Translations under genes and position numbers: made by a program
Shown: in pieces, positions 1 to 11,953 of the stretch
Position numbering within the stretch: position 1 is the stretch's first letter
Layout: each line of letters starts with the position of its first letter
Source of the DNA: Saccostrea echinata
Taxonomy: Eukaryota
Direction: 5' to 3'
DNA length: 64,000 nt
Assembly: GCF_033153115.1 (NCBI RefSeq)
Contig: NW_026889774.1
Span: forward strand, 12,772,001-12,836,000
Notes under the pieces: generated by a model
The model's database searches: none
What the model was told of the DNA's origin: nothing
The model's input: the letters and a program-made list of their open reading frames with translations, nothing else

Positions 1-313
1 CAATAGAGAATAATGTCTAAACATTAATGTAGGTTTCTCCAAATTAAATTACATACGATAATTAACACAAATATACGTGGTCGATATAAAAAAAAAATGT
101 AGACGAAAAAATAAAATGTAAAACTGTTGAAAGTGTTAATTAATTTCGTCGGAAGCAATTAATTGTTAATTAATTGCTTTGGAACGAAACCACTCGGGTC
201 GAACATGGATTCGTGTCGAAACCACGCGGGTCGAACAAGTAGTCGGAACGTAACCACCCGCATTCAGTTCTACAGGTACAATGTGGTTGTGATTGTTATT
301 TGTTCCAACGTAC

Positions 314-448
314 CTTGTTTTTATTGTGAGTTGAACAAAATCTGCATGTTGGGGTGTCATAAAACGAAGTTCGACCGAAAAGAGGTTTGTACAATTTTAC
401 TGAAAACTCTCGGTAAAATTTTCTCATGTAACACCAGGACGCTGACAT
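314..448 (-). CDS. Probable first coding exon of a gene divergent from GTF2H4; mitochondrial-presequence-like N-terminus; gene continues off the left edge
   Basis: aaaATG at 448 opens 45 codons (MSASWCYMRKFYREFSVKLYKPLFGRTSFYDTPTCRFCSTHNKNK) ending at a phase-0 donor AAG|GTACGT (314/313). The peptide is rich in R/K/S/F with only two acidic residues. Too short for the ORF track; identity not recognised. Confidence 0.55.
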
Positions 449-802
449 TTTGACTAACTTTTTCTCCTCCTAATGAAAAGAGTTATCGAATCGCCTGTGC
501 GTTTTAATTTGTTCCGGAACAAATGCTACAATAAAACTGCTATTTCAAAAAAATATGCATATTGATAGAATTGAAACGTTTCTTGTGAAATTGGAAGATC
601 TAATGTAATCAAAATTTATACGTTGCCCCATTCATGAATCTATGTTTACCAGTTAATATAATCACCGTTCCTTGGTTTTGACATTTAGAATTTAAGCGCG
701 CAATTTACATTGATGCTTCTCTCGGCATGGCAGGAAAGTGGCTAGGATAATTTCTTGTGTTACTTGTTAAGTTATTTTATGCCAGTGCCTGGGGTATTCG
801 GC
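449..802. promoter_or_regulatory. Putative bidirectional promoter / 5' UTR region between the divergent exon and GTF2H4
   Basis: Lies between oppositely oriented ATGs at 448 (-) and 803 (+). Relatively CpG-containing, with an ETS-like TTCCGGAA near 512-519. Confidence 0.45.
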
Positions 803-3800
803 ATGGCAAGTGTTACAGCTGCCAAAAAGTTAGATTGCAAAGACTTACATGGATACTTAAAAACACTCTCTCACAGTATCCTTGATAAACTGTACAATCA
901 CCCGGCTACCTGTCTGGCGGTATTTCGGTAAATAACAGTTTAACACGAGATGCAGCAAATTATGTACAGTTGTAATAATGATAATGACAATTTATTTAAT
1001 TAATTATTTTTTTTGCAGACAACTTCCTCAGCTATCTAAACATTATGTGATGCGAATGCTTTTCATTGAACAACCAGTATCACAGTCTGCTGTTGGTTTA
1101 TGGGTTACCAATGAACACAATGAGTAAGTATGTATACATGTATAAGAGGACCTAGGCATTTCAATCTGCACATATTGACCTTGTAGCTATAGCAACTACA
1201 CTGTAAGTGAACAGTCAATCAAGTTCTCCAGATTAATTGGGAAAACATCCTCATCATATCCAGGGCTATGTCCAGAGATGTCAATCCAGTTTGCTTTCCA
1301 TTTTTTCCCCCTTTCAGTTATATTTGTTTCTGGCAAGAACTAAGAGACTTAAAAACCTACCAAGGTCGGAAACTAGGTTGTGTTATAAGAGCAAAGGTCA
1401 TGAGCATGGGGGAATGAAACTATATACATGGGACCCAGTAGTTCATTTGAGAGACTATCCGCATTGTAAGCACTTGGTCCTTAGTTTAAGTTCCAGTCAG
1501 ATTCCAACTTTTCTGTTCTTTTCCGTTTCAGTCAGTACAGTTTCTTGGAATAACAGCAAACTTGTTGCAAGATACATATCAGGGAGAAATTTTTTTTGAG
1601 CAAGACAACTGATAAACAAAACAAACTATACAAACTTTTGATCTGAAACTTGATTGAGCCAAAAAAAAAAATCCAAGATATCCAGGGATATTGAGGTTAA
1701 AGTGCTTAGATAAAAAGTGGTTGAGACTTGGACTTCCAACTCAGTGCTACAAATCAATGGTACTCAATATTTCAATGTTCAAGATACTGAAGTTCAACTG
1801 TAAATGAGTTAAGTACAAGTTTTGAGGAGTTTAGACATACAGTAACTGTGTATTCTCATGATATTGTTTCTTTTTATTCAGGATCGATTATATTAGTTTC
1901 TGAATTTATTTCTTGGACCTATCTCTGTTACAAAAATGTCAAATTGATTGGTGTTCATCATCTAGAAGTTGCCTGGTGTTGTTCATATTCATAGCAGTAT
2001 AATATAGCCAGAAGCACCCAACAAAAGAAACTGTTTTCTAGTGCATAATTTATAAAGTACATACCATGTTAATGATGAAAATGAATAAGATTCTGACACT
2101 AAATGTTTATTGTTCAGGGAACACAAATATGCTTCCAAAGTACTTTCTGATCTGAGAGTGTGGCATGAACAACAAATGCAAGGGGGTCTGCTGGGTTGGA
2201 TTCTGAATGAAACATTTCGCTCTAATATGAAAGTTGCTCTGCTTGGAGGGTAAGGTTCACAGCTGATGAATATAGATTGATGTTTAAAAAGATAATAATG
2301 AATTATTAGTTTAGTAATTTATCTTCCAATTTATTACTTAAAGGAGGATTTGTCTCTAAACTCTTTTATGGGTTGTTGCCAAAGCAAACTCAACCCTTAT
2401 TACATGTATTTTGCAGAGGACTGGATTCCAAGATTTCTGGAGGGCCTCTACCTCCAGACAAACATGCCAAGGACATTCCATTTTTAGATAAATATGCTCT
2501 TGAAAGATGGGAGGTATTCAATTGTACAATATCATCTTTCCTGAACATCAAGATTATAACCTTAAATTGCATTCTGAAAGTCAAAATGAGACAAAATTTA
2601 GACTGTTAAAATGTAATAATTTTATTTTTTATTTTTGGTACTTTCAACCAGAGGAATGTGTACATTTCCTTTAACATCTGTGTTTGTTTTGTAGTGTGTT
2701 CTCCATTTTATGGTGGGGTCCACTGAGGGGACAGAGGGAGTCAGTCGAGATATCATTGATGTTCTCCTTCATGCTGGACTCATGACCACGTAAATTTCTT
2801 TTTATAATACTTGACTCATGACCATGTAAATTTCTTTTTATTATACTGGAGTGGACTCATGACAATGTAAATTTCTATTTATTATGCTGGACTCATGACC
2901 ACGTAAATTTTTTTTTATTATGCTGGACTCATGACCCCGTAAATTTCTCTTTATTATACTGAACCCATGACCACGTAAATTTCTTTTTATTATACTGGAC
3001 TCATGACCACGTAAATTTCTATTCATTATGCTGGACTCATGCTCGTGTAAATTTCTTTTTATTATGCTGGACTCATGCTCGTGTAAATTTCTTTTTATTA
3101 TACTGGGCTCATGACCACGTAAATTTCTTTTTATCATACTGGACTCGTGACCATGTTAATTTCTGTTTATTATTGATTGTCAGTTCAAGTCATTACATAA
3201 TGTCTCTTCTTATCCCCACAAGAAGACAAATGTCATAAACTAGGACATTTAAACATTTCTCAGTCAATAATATATGAAGAATTAGTTATAAAACTATTGA
3301 TGATAGGGATGGTGTGGACCCTCTGCCGTCCATTACTCCTGCAGGTTTTCAGTTTCTGTTGATGGATACGGGGTCACAAGTTTGGTATTTCATGCTGCAG
3401 TACTTGGACACAGTTGAGGTAACATTTCTTATCAATAACTCACTACTATTTCATGCATTAAGTGTTATTTTGATTCTAAAAAAAGTAAAGATGGAGTTTG
3501 CATATGACAGTAGTATTTATTATTTTCAAGATTGGCTTTTGTAGATAAGACAAGAATTCTCTATTTTTAAGTTTTAGTAGATAAGTTTAGTAATTCATGT
3601 TTTACTCTCCTAATATAATTTTTTGACAGAGTCGTGGTATGGACCTTATAGACTGCTTATCATTCCTATTTCAACTTAGTTTTTCAACACTAGGAAAAGT
3701 AAGCATTGTAATATTGCATGAATCTAATTTTGATCTTTCATCTAAAGATAGTCATTCAGTGATTTCTCCATATAAATCTTAAAACACTTTTTCCAGGATT

Positions 3801-6800
3801 ATTCAACAGAGTTTATGAATGATGGACAACAAAGGTTTTTACAACATTTGAGGGAGTTTGGTCTTGTTTATCAAAGAAAGGTAATTAGGGGAGTTATAAT
3901 ACATGGGTTTTAGTAATGTTACTATTTATTGTATAAGTTCAGTGATAAAATTGTTTGCAGTCAAATCAAGGGTAACTTCTTCTGTCAAACATATTATTAT
4001 AAAGATTTTTTGGAGCAGGTCGATTCTTTAATAACTATGTCAAAGCCTAACTGAAATTTTGTAGTTATTTTATGGGACTTTGATTTACTTAAAGGAGTCA
4101 TAGTTGAATAAAGCTATGGTATATTTTTTGTAATATTGACTTTCTGTCATCACATCTATTATCAATTATATTTTGCCATTTTATCATTTGTATTATATTT
4201 CTGAGTAAAAGATTGTTTTTAAGGTAGAAGTCATTTTTCAAGACTGACATTAAGCATGATTAAATAGTGTTCATAAATACACATTATTTTTGCATATTAG
4301 AAAATCCTTTGCAAAGAAAAATCCCTGATCATGTTATGAGTATTAGTGCTTTGTTACAGAGGAAAATTCAGAGGTACTACCCCACCAGACTTGCCATCAA
4401 TCTTTCCTCTGGATTGTCAGACTTCACACTGGGAAAGAATACTGGTTATCTAATGGTGGAAACCAACTACAGAGTGTATGCCTACACAGGTATGTATAGA
4501 CTGCTGGCTATAGTAATGGTCAGAATAGATCTCTACTGTTAAACAGATGGCTGTACTTTTGAAAATAAAATTCTTATCTCCAATGGAGATAAGAATTCTC
4601 CATTCATTTAATGCCACCAAAAGATCAATGTAAAACATGTACGTGTATCTGCATAATGAGATATCCATACATGTTTTACATTGACCTTTTGGTAGCATTG
4701 AGTGAAGGAAGAATTTTGTACTAAATATTTCATATGGTTAAATCTGAATAGATACATAAATTACTACATCACTAGTATAAATAAGAGAGATGATAAAAGA
4801 GATAAAAACACATAAAAGAGATGATCTCTCAGTCTGGTGGTCTTTTGCCAGGTGTATCTCTTGTAAGAATCTCTGGAATAAACTTTTACATGTTTAGAAA
4901 TATATCGGGAAAAAAACATGAAAATCTTCTTCTTTAGAACATCAATTCTACAAAGTTTCACATGCAATATTGTCATTTGTTATAGATTTAAATGCTCTCG
5001 TAACTTGTCCCTGGATTGATGTACTAAAATTTTACACAATTCTCTGTACAAGGTAGATGATATGTGTGGATGTAGTGTCCCATGATTTGTTTTGGTTTTT
5101 CTGAGTACTGTTTTCTTCCTTATAGATTCTCCACTACTTGTGGCTCTGGTAGCATTGTTTTGTGAGATGTTATACAGGTAAGATATCTAAATAATACGCT
5201 AATGCTTTAATGATATCATGCATACACAACCCAATTTTGTAGATTAATATATATGTAACTTTTCATAGGTTTCCAACATTTTGTGTGGGAAATTTGACAC
5301 GTGGCAGTGTGAGAGATGCTTTAACCCGCGGAATCACAGCTGACCAGGTAGGTTAGAGATGCTTTAACCCAGGGAATCACAGCTGACCAGGTAGGTTAGA
5401 GATGCTTTAACCCGCGGAATCACAGCTGACCAGGTAGGTTAGAGATGCTTTAACCTGCAGAATCACAGTTGACCAGGTAGGTTAGAGATGCTTTAACCCA
5501 GGGAATCACAGCCGACCAGGTAGGTTAGAGATGCTTTAACCCGCGGAATCACAGCTGACCAGGTAGGTTATGGGAAGTCACCAAATAAAGTATTAAGGAT
5601 ATATCACAGCCAAATGTTAAAAGCAAATATTACTCAAAAATATCATGAAAAATCTTATTTTTATAGCAACTAACAAATAAATTTAAAAGTTACCCAAGTT
5701 ATAATGCTATAATTTAGAATGGGGCAGTTTACACTTCATGAATTAGGAAGTGGTTTATAGAAAAGTATAGATTGTTCCAACCTAGGGAAATGATTTTAAC
5801 TTGGATAACTATCAAATTCATTCCTTACAATTAAATTTTCTACTATAAAGAGTTGAAAATAAGATGATTTGTCCTCTAAAATGACATGAAAATGTACAAA
5901 ATTTTATTAAGCTGATTGATACGTTTTTTTGACGAAAGTCATATTTCACTTAGGCAACACAGGTTATATATGCTTTTGTTTTTGTCCAATCAAATAGTGA
6001 GAATTTGTTATGCAATGTACTCCTACTAAAATTTTGGTTCCAATGAAAGGTGTTATCAAGGTTATTAAAAATAGAAAAATGTGTAAAGAAAATTTAAACA
6101 AGCTCTTCTCCTAGTATTGGTCTGATCTCTGTAAAACATGATACACTGGTAGAGTATTTTACACCATGATGCACAACTCTGCATGCAAAACTATTTTTAA
6201 TTTTGATGAAAAATGTCACCAGGGTCATATATAGAAGTGGTATAATCTGAAAATCTTTATAAATGCTACTCCACAAACAGTTTTGGTTTGATTTCAATAT
6301 AATGTGTTGCAAACATCAAGATACATAGTTTTGTAAAACTTAAAGACAGTGTTTGAAATAAAAGTTTTTCTTTGTAGATAATATCCTTTTTAAAAACCCA
6401 TGCTCATCCTAAGATGCTGAGGAATGTAAGTATGATTGAAGGTGAAATAAAGCTAATCTAATGAAATACTGAGATTTTTTACAACATTTATTTATTTAAA
6501 TTTTATTATGCAGTATTATGTATAGTGCTAGTAGTATTATAATGTAGTACTAATTATGTAGTCACTTTCTAGCATCTAATGGAAATACAGTTCTCAACTT
6601 CACAATGTATCTGAAACTTGTGAAAATTAGGTCATTTTAAGTTTTTTCTATGTTTAGCATGTGTATGCACCTTGGTTTTAGACACCCCAGGTCAGAAAAA
6701 ACCAACAAAATCGGAAGTTCTGAAAACAACTCATTTGATCGAAACCTTTGAATTCTGATGATTTTTTCTATATTTGTCTAAAATCTGTCATATTAATACC

Positions 6801-7627
6801 TTGATTTTGCTAAGGAATAGATCTCTCTGTGAGAAAAATAGATTAATGAAATCAAATCTTTTGATTGACATCATTTTTCCGACTATAAAGACTGTGTTTT
6901 AATTTTTGGCTTGTGTGTTTTTTGTGAATAAGTAGGTAGCTATTTGAAAGATGGGTGAACACTGAACAGAGAAAAAACTCGGAATGGTCCTATTAGAAAT
7001 TATCATTAAAATTGATCAGGAGGTGACATTTTAAAATAGTTTATCAAAGACATCTATCAGATAATTTGATTTCAGTCTCCAGTGATTCCTTCAACCATTA
7101 CGGACCAAATAAGACTGTGGGAATTAGAGCGTGACAGATTTAAATTCTCTGAAGGTGTTCTATATGACCAGTTCCTGTCACAAAGTGATTTTGAGCTGCT
7201 GAGAGACTATGCCAAAGTAATTTGTTACATAACATAAATTTTTCATGTTGATAAAAAAAAGGTTGAAGATTTTCTTACAATATGAATATCTTTCAAAATG
7301 CTATTATATGTTATACCCAATATTTATAGACATTAGGCATACAGCATTTAATAGTAGAAATAAGAACTTTTATTTTAAACTTCAACATAGTGTAAACCTT
7401 TCTTGATGTGGACTTAAAATCCATGGGTGGATAGATATACAGCATCATTTTGGGACTGGGAGATAGGGGTCAGAAGTGAAATTGCATCACATGTAGAGTT
7501 GTCTCTTTTACAGGATTTAGGAGTTCTGCTTTGGGACAATGCAATAAAGAGAGTGATGGTTGTGACGAAGAATGGCCATGATGATGTCAAGCGATACTGG
7601 AAGCGACAGAAACAGTCCAATTCCTGA
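803..7627 (+). CDS. GTF2H4: General transcription factor IIH subunit 4 (TFIIH p52 / Tfb2), 14 exons, 460 aa
   Basis: Exons 803-927, 1019-1123, 2118-2249, 2417-2513, 2695-2789, 3307-3418, 3630-3698, 3797-3880, 4360-4489, 5126-5177, 5269-5347, 6378-6425, 7076-7216, 7514-7627. All GT-AG, total 1383 nt in frame. Recognisable p52 motifs: [72 protein letters not shown]. Confidence 0.97.
1629..1800. mobile_element. Degraded Tc1/mariner-type MITE (family also at 15587 and 32443)
   Basis: Right end ...gatactgaagttcaactg|TA matches the family TIR. The left end is decayed. Confidence 0.55.
2771..3171 (+). repeat. 36-bp tandem array (11 copies) duplicating the end of GTF2H4 exon 5 and its splice donor
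   Basis: Unit atgctggactcatgaccac|gtaaatttctttttatt starts at 2771, 2807, 2843 (+5 bp), 2884, 2920, 2956, 2992, 3028, 3064, 3100, 3136. Confidence 0.95.
5312..5569 (+). repeat. 43-bp tandem array (6 copies) duplicating the end of GTF2H4 exon 11 and its splice donor
   Basis: Unit agagatgctttaacccgcggaatcacagctgaccag|gtaggtt at 5312, 5355, 5398, 5441, 5484, 5527. Confidence 0.95.
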
Positions 7628-7671
7628 AAGGGTCAGTCAGTCAAGTCACTATAATTATTCACCCTCTGTGG

Positions 7672-7677
7672 AATAAA
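7672..7677 (+). terminator. Candidate polyadenylation signal for GTF2H4
   Basis: AATAAA about 45 nt after the stop codon; a second one lies near 7805. Confidence 0.45.
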
Positions 7678-8703
7678 AACAATTAATATAGTTTGTATAG
7701 GCTTATCTTCCAAAAACATTATCAACTGGGGAAAAAAATTGTCTCAGTCTAAAGGCTGTATTAATTAACAAAATATGTACACTGGAAACAGGTTCAAACT
7801 CTAAAATAAATCACATGGAATGCATTTATGTATACTGAGGGCAGGATATTGAAATCAGAAATATAGCTGAATGACACATTGTCTGACTTATCTTTGGGTA
7901 GGTCAGGTACTTGCTGAATCAAGTTGGTGACTTAAAAGTCGAGAAAAGTCTGTCAGAAAACTACTGTGGATTGCTGCGGCATTAGACAGAGTGGTATTGG
8001 ACCCTGCCCAGAGAAGTAGAAAGGACAGACAGTTTGGTGGCCCTGGTGACTCTTTAAGAGAATGGTGTATTGTTATAAAGACAGGAGTTGTGCAATACTT
8101 CTTTAATGTAATTGTTATAATAAGATTGTCTCTAATGATCTGTTTACACGTTTTGAGAAAGAAAGCACATTAAAAATGTTTATCCATTTTTTTTTCTTTC
8201 TCTTTATTCCTTCAAGGCTGGTTCATTTTTTCCTTGTGTTCAAGCTTTCATTGTGTCCATTCCTAAACCATCATATAAGCTTTCAGTACAAAGCTTAGAG
8301 TATTAAGAAGTACATTCATAGTCATGCAGAAGAGTGGAGGATATAGACACAGTCATACAGATGGCAATGCCATTTCAAAGGAGGAAATGTCTGTTTTGTT
8401 AAGCAGCAATAATGTAGCCCTCTGATTTTTTTTTTATCTGTTTTCCGTTTCTCAAAAAAAAAAAAATGGAAATGGCTACATTAATTAATTACACCTAATT
8501 TTGTTCAGTTTTCACTTTTAATGTATATAGATTTATGATTTCAGAGACATTGGGTAAAAGGCTTTTTAAACAATTCAATCATCCACTATCCAGGTTTGAT
8601 AACCTTAGTTTCACAGAAATATAAAATTGCCCACTTCTCCATATAATAATTGTGGTCACTATTCTGATGGTGTCACTAGAGTGTTCACGAGAAAAATGGT
8701 ATT

Positions 8704-9561
8704 CTAGCGATGTGTATGAACCAGTGACGACACTCTTGGTATATGTGGCAGAACAAGTCTATTGGCCTGAGGATCTGGTTCATGTTCACTGACTGCTCGT
8801 CTGCTGCGTGTACGCACGACTTTATCCACGTGATAACATCGCTTACAGTTCCAATGTTTGTCTTCCCCTGGGATCGCGTACATGAGCTTTTCTGCTGTCG
8901 TGTGTCCCGTCGGATCCGAGCGACTGGTGAAATCGCCATCCCTGGCGTCAAAGTCATCACTCTTACGAAAATTGTTTCTTTGCGGAAAGAAAGACGGCTT
9001 GAATAGGGCCGATAATGAAATTTCTGGTTCATCTTGCTTCTGTTCTTCCCGTTTTTTGGCACCAAACACAGGCTCCTTTTTTTCAGGACCCTGCTGTGTT
9101 GGGTACTGTACACCCCACTTTTCAACAAAATAATCCCGCACCTTTTCCGACATTTTATCCGTACCAAGAATCAAGCCTTTCTCCTTGCTATGCTTCATGA
9201 CACTGTCTAGGTGCTTTTTCTTGCGTATTTTAGGATGTCTCTCGGCGAGAAAAGAATCCATGTCTTTGTTGAGGGATTGGATGGACTTCCCTCCGTAATG
9301 CCCATATAGATTTCTATCCTTAGACGCCGCCGTATCTTCCCGCTTCAGCTCCAGACATTTTTGGAGGATCTTTTTCTGCGTCACCGCCTTCCTGACGGCG
9401 ACACTGGAGCGTTCCTGTCGGGAAATGTTGTACTGGAGCTCTTTCTTGATGTAGGCGTTGTAGAAGTCGTGTTGGTTTCTTGCCACATCGTTCATCACGC
9501 AAAGAAACTTTCGATGATTATCCTCCTGTTTCCTAACGTTTATTAACCGTCCCATAAACAT
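8704..9561 (-). CDS. Intronless uncharacterised basic protein, 285 aa from the first ATG
   Basis: 858-nt open frame, visibly richer in GC and CpG than its flanks, with non-repetitive protein-like composition. AATAAA on the minus strand at 8203-8208. No family recognised. Confidence 0.7.
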   Translation of the reverse strand: MFMGRLINVRKQEDNHRKFLCVMNDVARNQHDFYNAYIKKELQYNISRQERSSVAVRKAVTQKKILQKCLELKREDTAASKDRNLYGHYGGKSIQSLNKDMDSFLAERHPKIRKKKHLDSVMKHSKEKGLILGTDKMSEKVRDYFVEKWGVQYPTQQGPEKKEPVFGAKKREEQKQDEPEISLSALFKPSFFPQRNNFRKSDDFDARDGDFTSRSDPTGHTTAEKLMYAIPGEDKHWNCKRCYHVDKVVRTRSRRAVSEHEPDPQANRLVLPHIPRVSSLVHTHR

Positions 9562-10686
9562 CGTCAACAACTTTTCACTTCGTCAAATCATGTCTTCTTG
9601 ACCAAATCCACAAAATAACATTTGCCTTCAACATATTAACTCCATTCATTTGACCGAGTTACTAGTAAATAATACAAGATGCTTGTAAACATGTAACAGG
9701 GTATTCATAGTCCGTGCGCCTGTGTGATATAGTACACAAGATTATTTACTGTGGTGTATCAATAAAAATGTCTCCATAACTATTGTCTTAATTGTTCTTT
9801 AACGATCAAATGGCATAATCTTATTGTTAATCGGGATTCTGGACCAAATAACCAATTTGATGTAATCATTTCAGTTTATCTGCTTGATAATTCAGCATTT
9901 AGTACAAAAACATTTACGATTCTGGAGCTATCGCGCATTCTCAAACCAAGCGCGCACAATCATTGTTCTTGAAAGGCTCATGTTTCAATTAAAAAATATC
10001 TGCTACAAGATTTTATTGTCTTGCAGTCGATGTAATCATGCAAGAAGTTTGCTCTATGCAAATGATTTGGGATTTAAATCTGTTTTATCATTTATCACAG
10101 CAGTTGAATGGTCTTTTTTGTTTATCTGGTAGCTTCAACACTCCATATATAGCTGTCAGCAAGACATTCATAGAAGAGACCCCATCCGGCTTCAAACAGT
10201 CAATTTTTGTACAAATAAAAACTAACGGGGTTTCATCCAACTAATCACAATATCCCCTCTTTAAATAGAGCATGATATTGAACAATATAGGACACTAGTG
10301 ACTCGGCACATGTATGAAAAGGCATAAAATTATTTGCACGTAGTCTAGGTAGAAACCTCCTGTTTGAATTTTGCACGACATTGGCCAGAAAATTGCACAG
10401 CATTTAAGATAAATCTTGATTGAGAATTCCACGTAATACCGTATGTTTGATACTCATAATTTCTGTCAATTTTGCAAGTTAATTTATAGGTGATATTCAG
10501 TGTTTTTAAATGGATCAATAACAAGCGATTGTGAGATTGAAAATTAAAAACATGGATTAAACAACAATCTGAAAAAACTTTGACAGTTTTAGTCTCTGTC
10601 AGGATGATTTATTTACCTTAGCTATCGTATAACAGGCTAGGGGCTAGGAAGTAAGTCATTCTCTGTTTTCTTAATCATTTTGAGTC

Positions 10687-10863
10687 CAGGCCCGTAGAAC
10701 CGGGGGGGGGGGGGTTTAATACCTAAATTTTCTACCCAAATGTTAGAGAAAGGTCTAACATCCCCGAAATAGGTTTTGAGTTTGGGCAATTTACATTTTT
10801 CTCCCCTTGTTTGTCATTTTTTAAGCCCCCCCCCTTTTAAAAATGTAGCTTGCTACAGGCCTG
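10687..10863. mobile_element. Short CAGG-terminal MITE (hAT-like)
   Basis: TIR caggcccgtag ... ctacaggcctg. The flanking 8-mers tttgagtc / actgagac match only partly. A similar end (gctacgggcctg) occurs at about 41703. Confidence 0.55.
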
Positions 10864-10988
10864 ACTGAGACAAATTGCCATTCATTGGCTTGTAAGGCAT
10901 TGCAAAGTCAAGAGAGTGAAGGGGGGGGGGGGTTCTTGTTAAGCATTTTAAGAGGAATCCAGTTATTTTTACCTTTTAAGAAACAAAA

Positions 10989-11953
10989 TTTAACAGGAGA
11001 GGAGAACAGGAGACCCATGGGTCACAACGCTCACCTGAGTAACGTTGACCCTGCTATTCTTCACCAGATTTCCCCCTTGTAATACGTATTGTGGCCCCAC
11101 CCTACCCCTGAGGGCCAGGATTTGAACAATTTAGAATCTTCACTATCCTAGGTGGCTTCCATGTAAGTTTCAGCGTTTCTGGCCCAGTGGTTCTTGAGAT
11201 TTTAAAAGATTTTTCCTATATATTTCAATGTAAAACTTTGATTCCCCGTTGTGACCCCACCCCACATGATTGGTCATGATTTGAACAATTTAGAATCTAC
11301 ACTACCCCAGGATGCTTCCATGTAAGTGTCAGCTTTTCTGGCCCAGTGGTTCTTGAGAAGATTTTTTTAACGACCCCACCCTATTTATGTCTTTTCTTGA
11401 TTATCTCCCCTTGTAAGGGGGCTTTGCCCTTCATTTTAACAATTTAAACTCCCCTTTACCCAAGGATGCTTTTTACTAACTTTGGTCAAAATTTACCCAG
11501 TGGTTTTTGAGAAGTTTAAAATGTGAAAAGTTAACAGATGGATAGACAGATGGACGGACAGACGACGGACAACAGGTGATCAGAAAAGCTCACTTTAGCT
11601 CAGGTGAGCTAAAAATGCAACGGACCAGACCGGGATTCGAACATGGACCCCCTGAATCTCCAGTCAGGTGCTTTACGAACTATCTGGCCACCGGCGATCA
11701 AACCGGTTTGAAAGCCACATTCCTCCCTTCTTAAAGGTATTTGCCACCCACCCCTACCCCCCCAACCCCGAAAACACCGACCCAGGTTCTTTCCTGGCAG
11801 GTTTTTCACCTGTCACTTCTAGGGCATGGCGCGGCACCAAATGTAACAGGAGAGGAGAAATATGCAACGGACCAGACCGGGATTCGAACCTGGGCCCCCT
11901 GAATCTCCAGTCAGGTGCTCCATCACATCTGATCGAACCGTCTTACCGCCACA
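10989..11953 (-). mobile_element. Miniature non-autonomous LTR retrotransposon (TRIM) with tRNA-derived LTRs, interrupted by a Helentron-type insertion
   Basis: Minus strand: 5' LTR TGTGGC...TGTTACA (11953-11842), 2-nt spacer, PBS TGGTGCCG (11839-11832), short internal region, PPT AAGAAGGGAGGAA (11732-11720), 3' LTR TGTGGC... (11719 to about 11614, resuming at about 11005-10989). AAAA on both flanks. Both LTRs contain the B box GTTCGAATCC. Confidence 0.8.
11006..11613 (-). mobile_element. Non-autonomous Helentron-type (pearl/CvA-like) element
   Basis: Subterminal inverted repeat gctcacctgag (11029) / ctcaggtgagc (11599), core repeats of about 160 bp, a GACA/GACG microsatellite at 11535-11570, and insertion into an A-run of the TRIM LTR. 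Confidence 0.8.

Noticed and set aside
2841-3137. 98-aa repeat protein [12 protein letters not shown]
   Set aside because: Antisense translation of the intronic 36-bp array.
8685-9546. Several ORFs overlapping the 285-aa gene
   Set aside because: Alternate-frame and antisense shadows of one GC-richer coding region.
11616-11925. Two tRNA genes
   Set aside because: The D-arms are deleted or degenerate, and both copies sit inside LTRs with a PBS and PPT, so they are element-derived.
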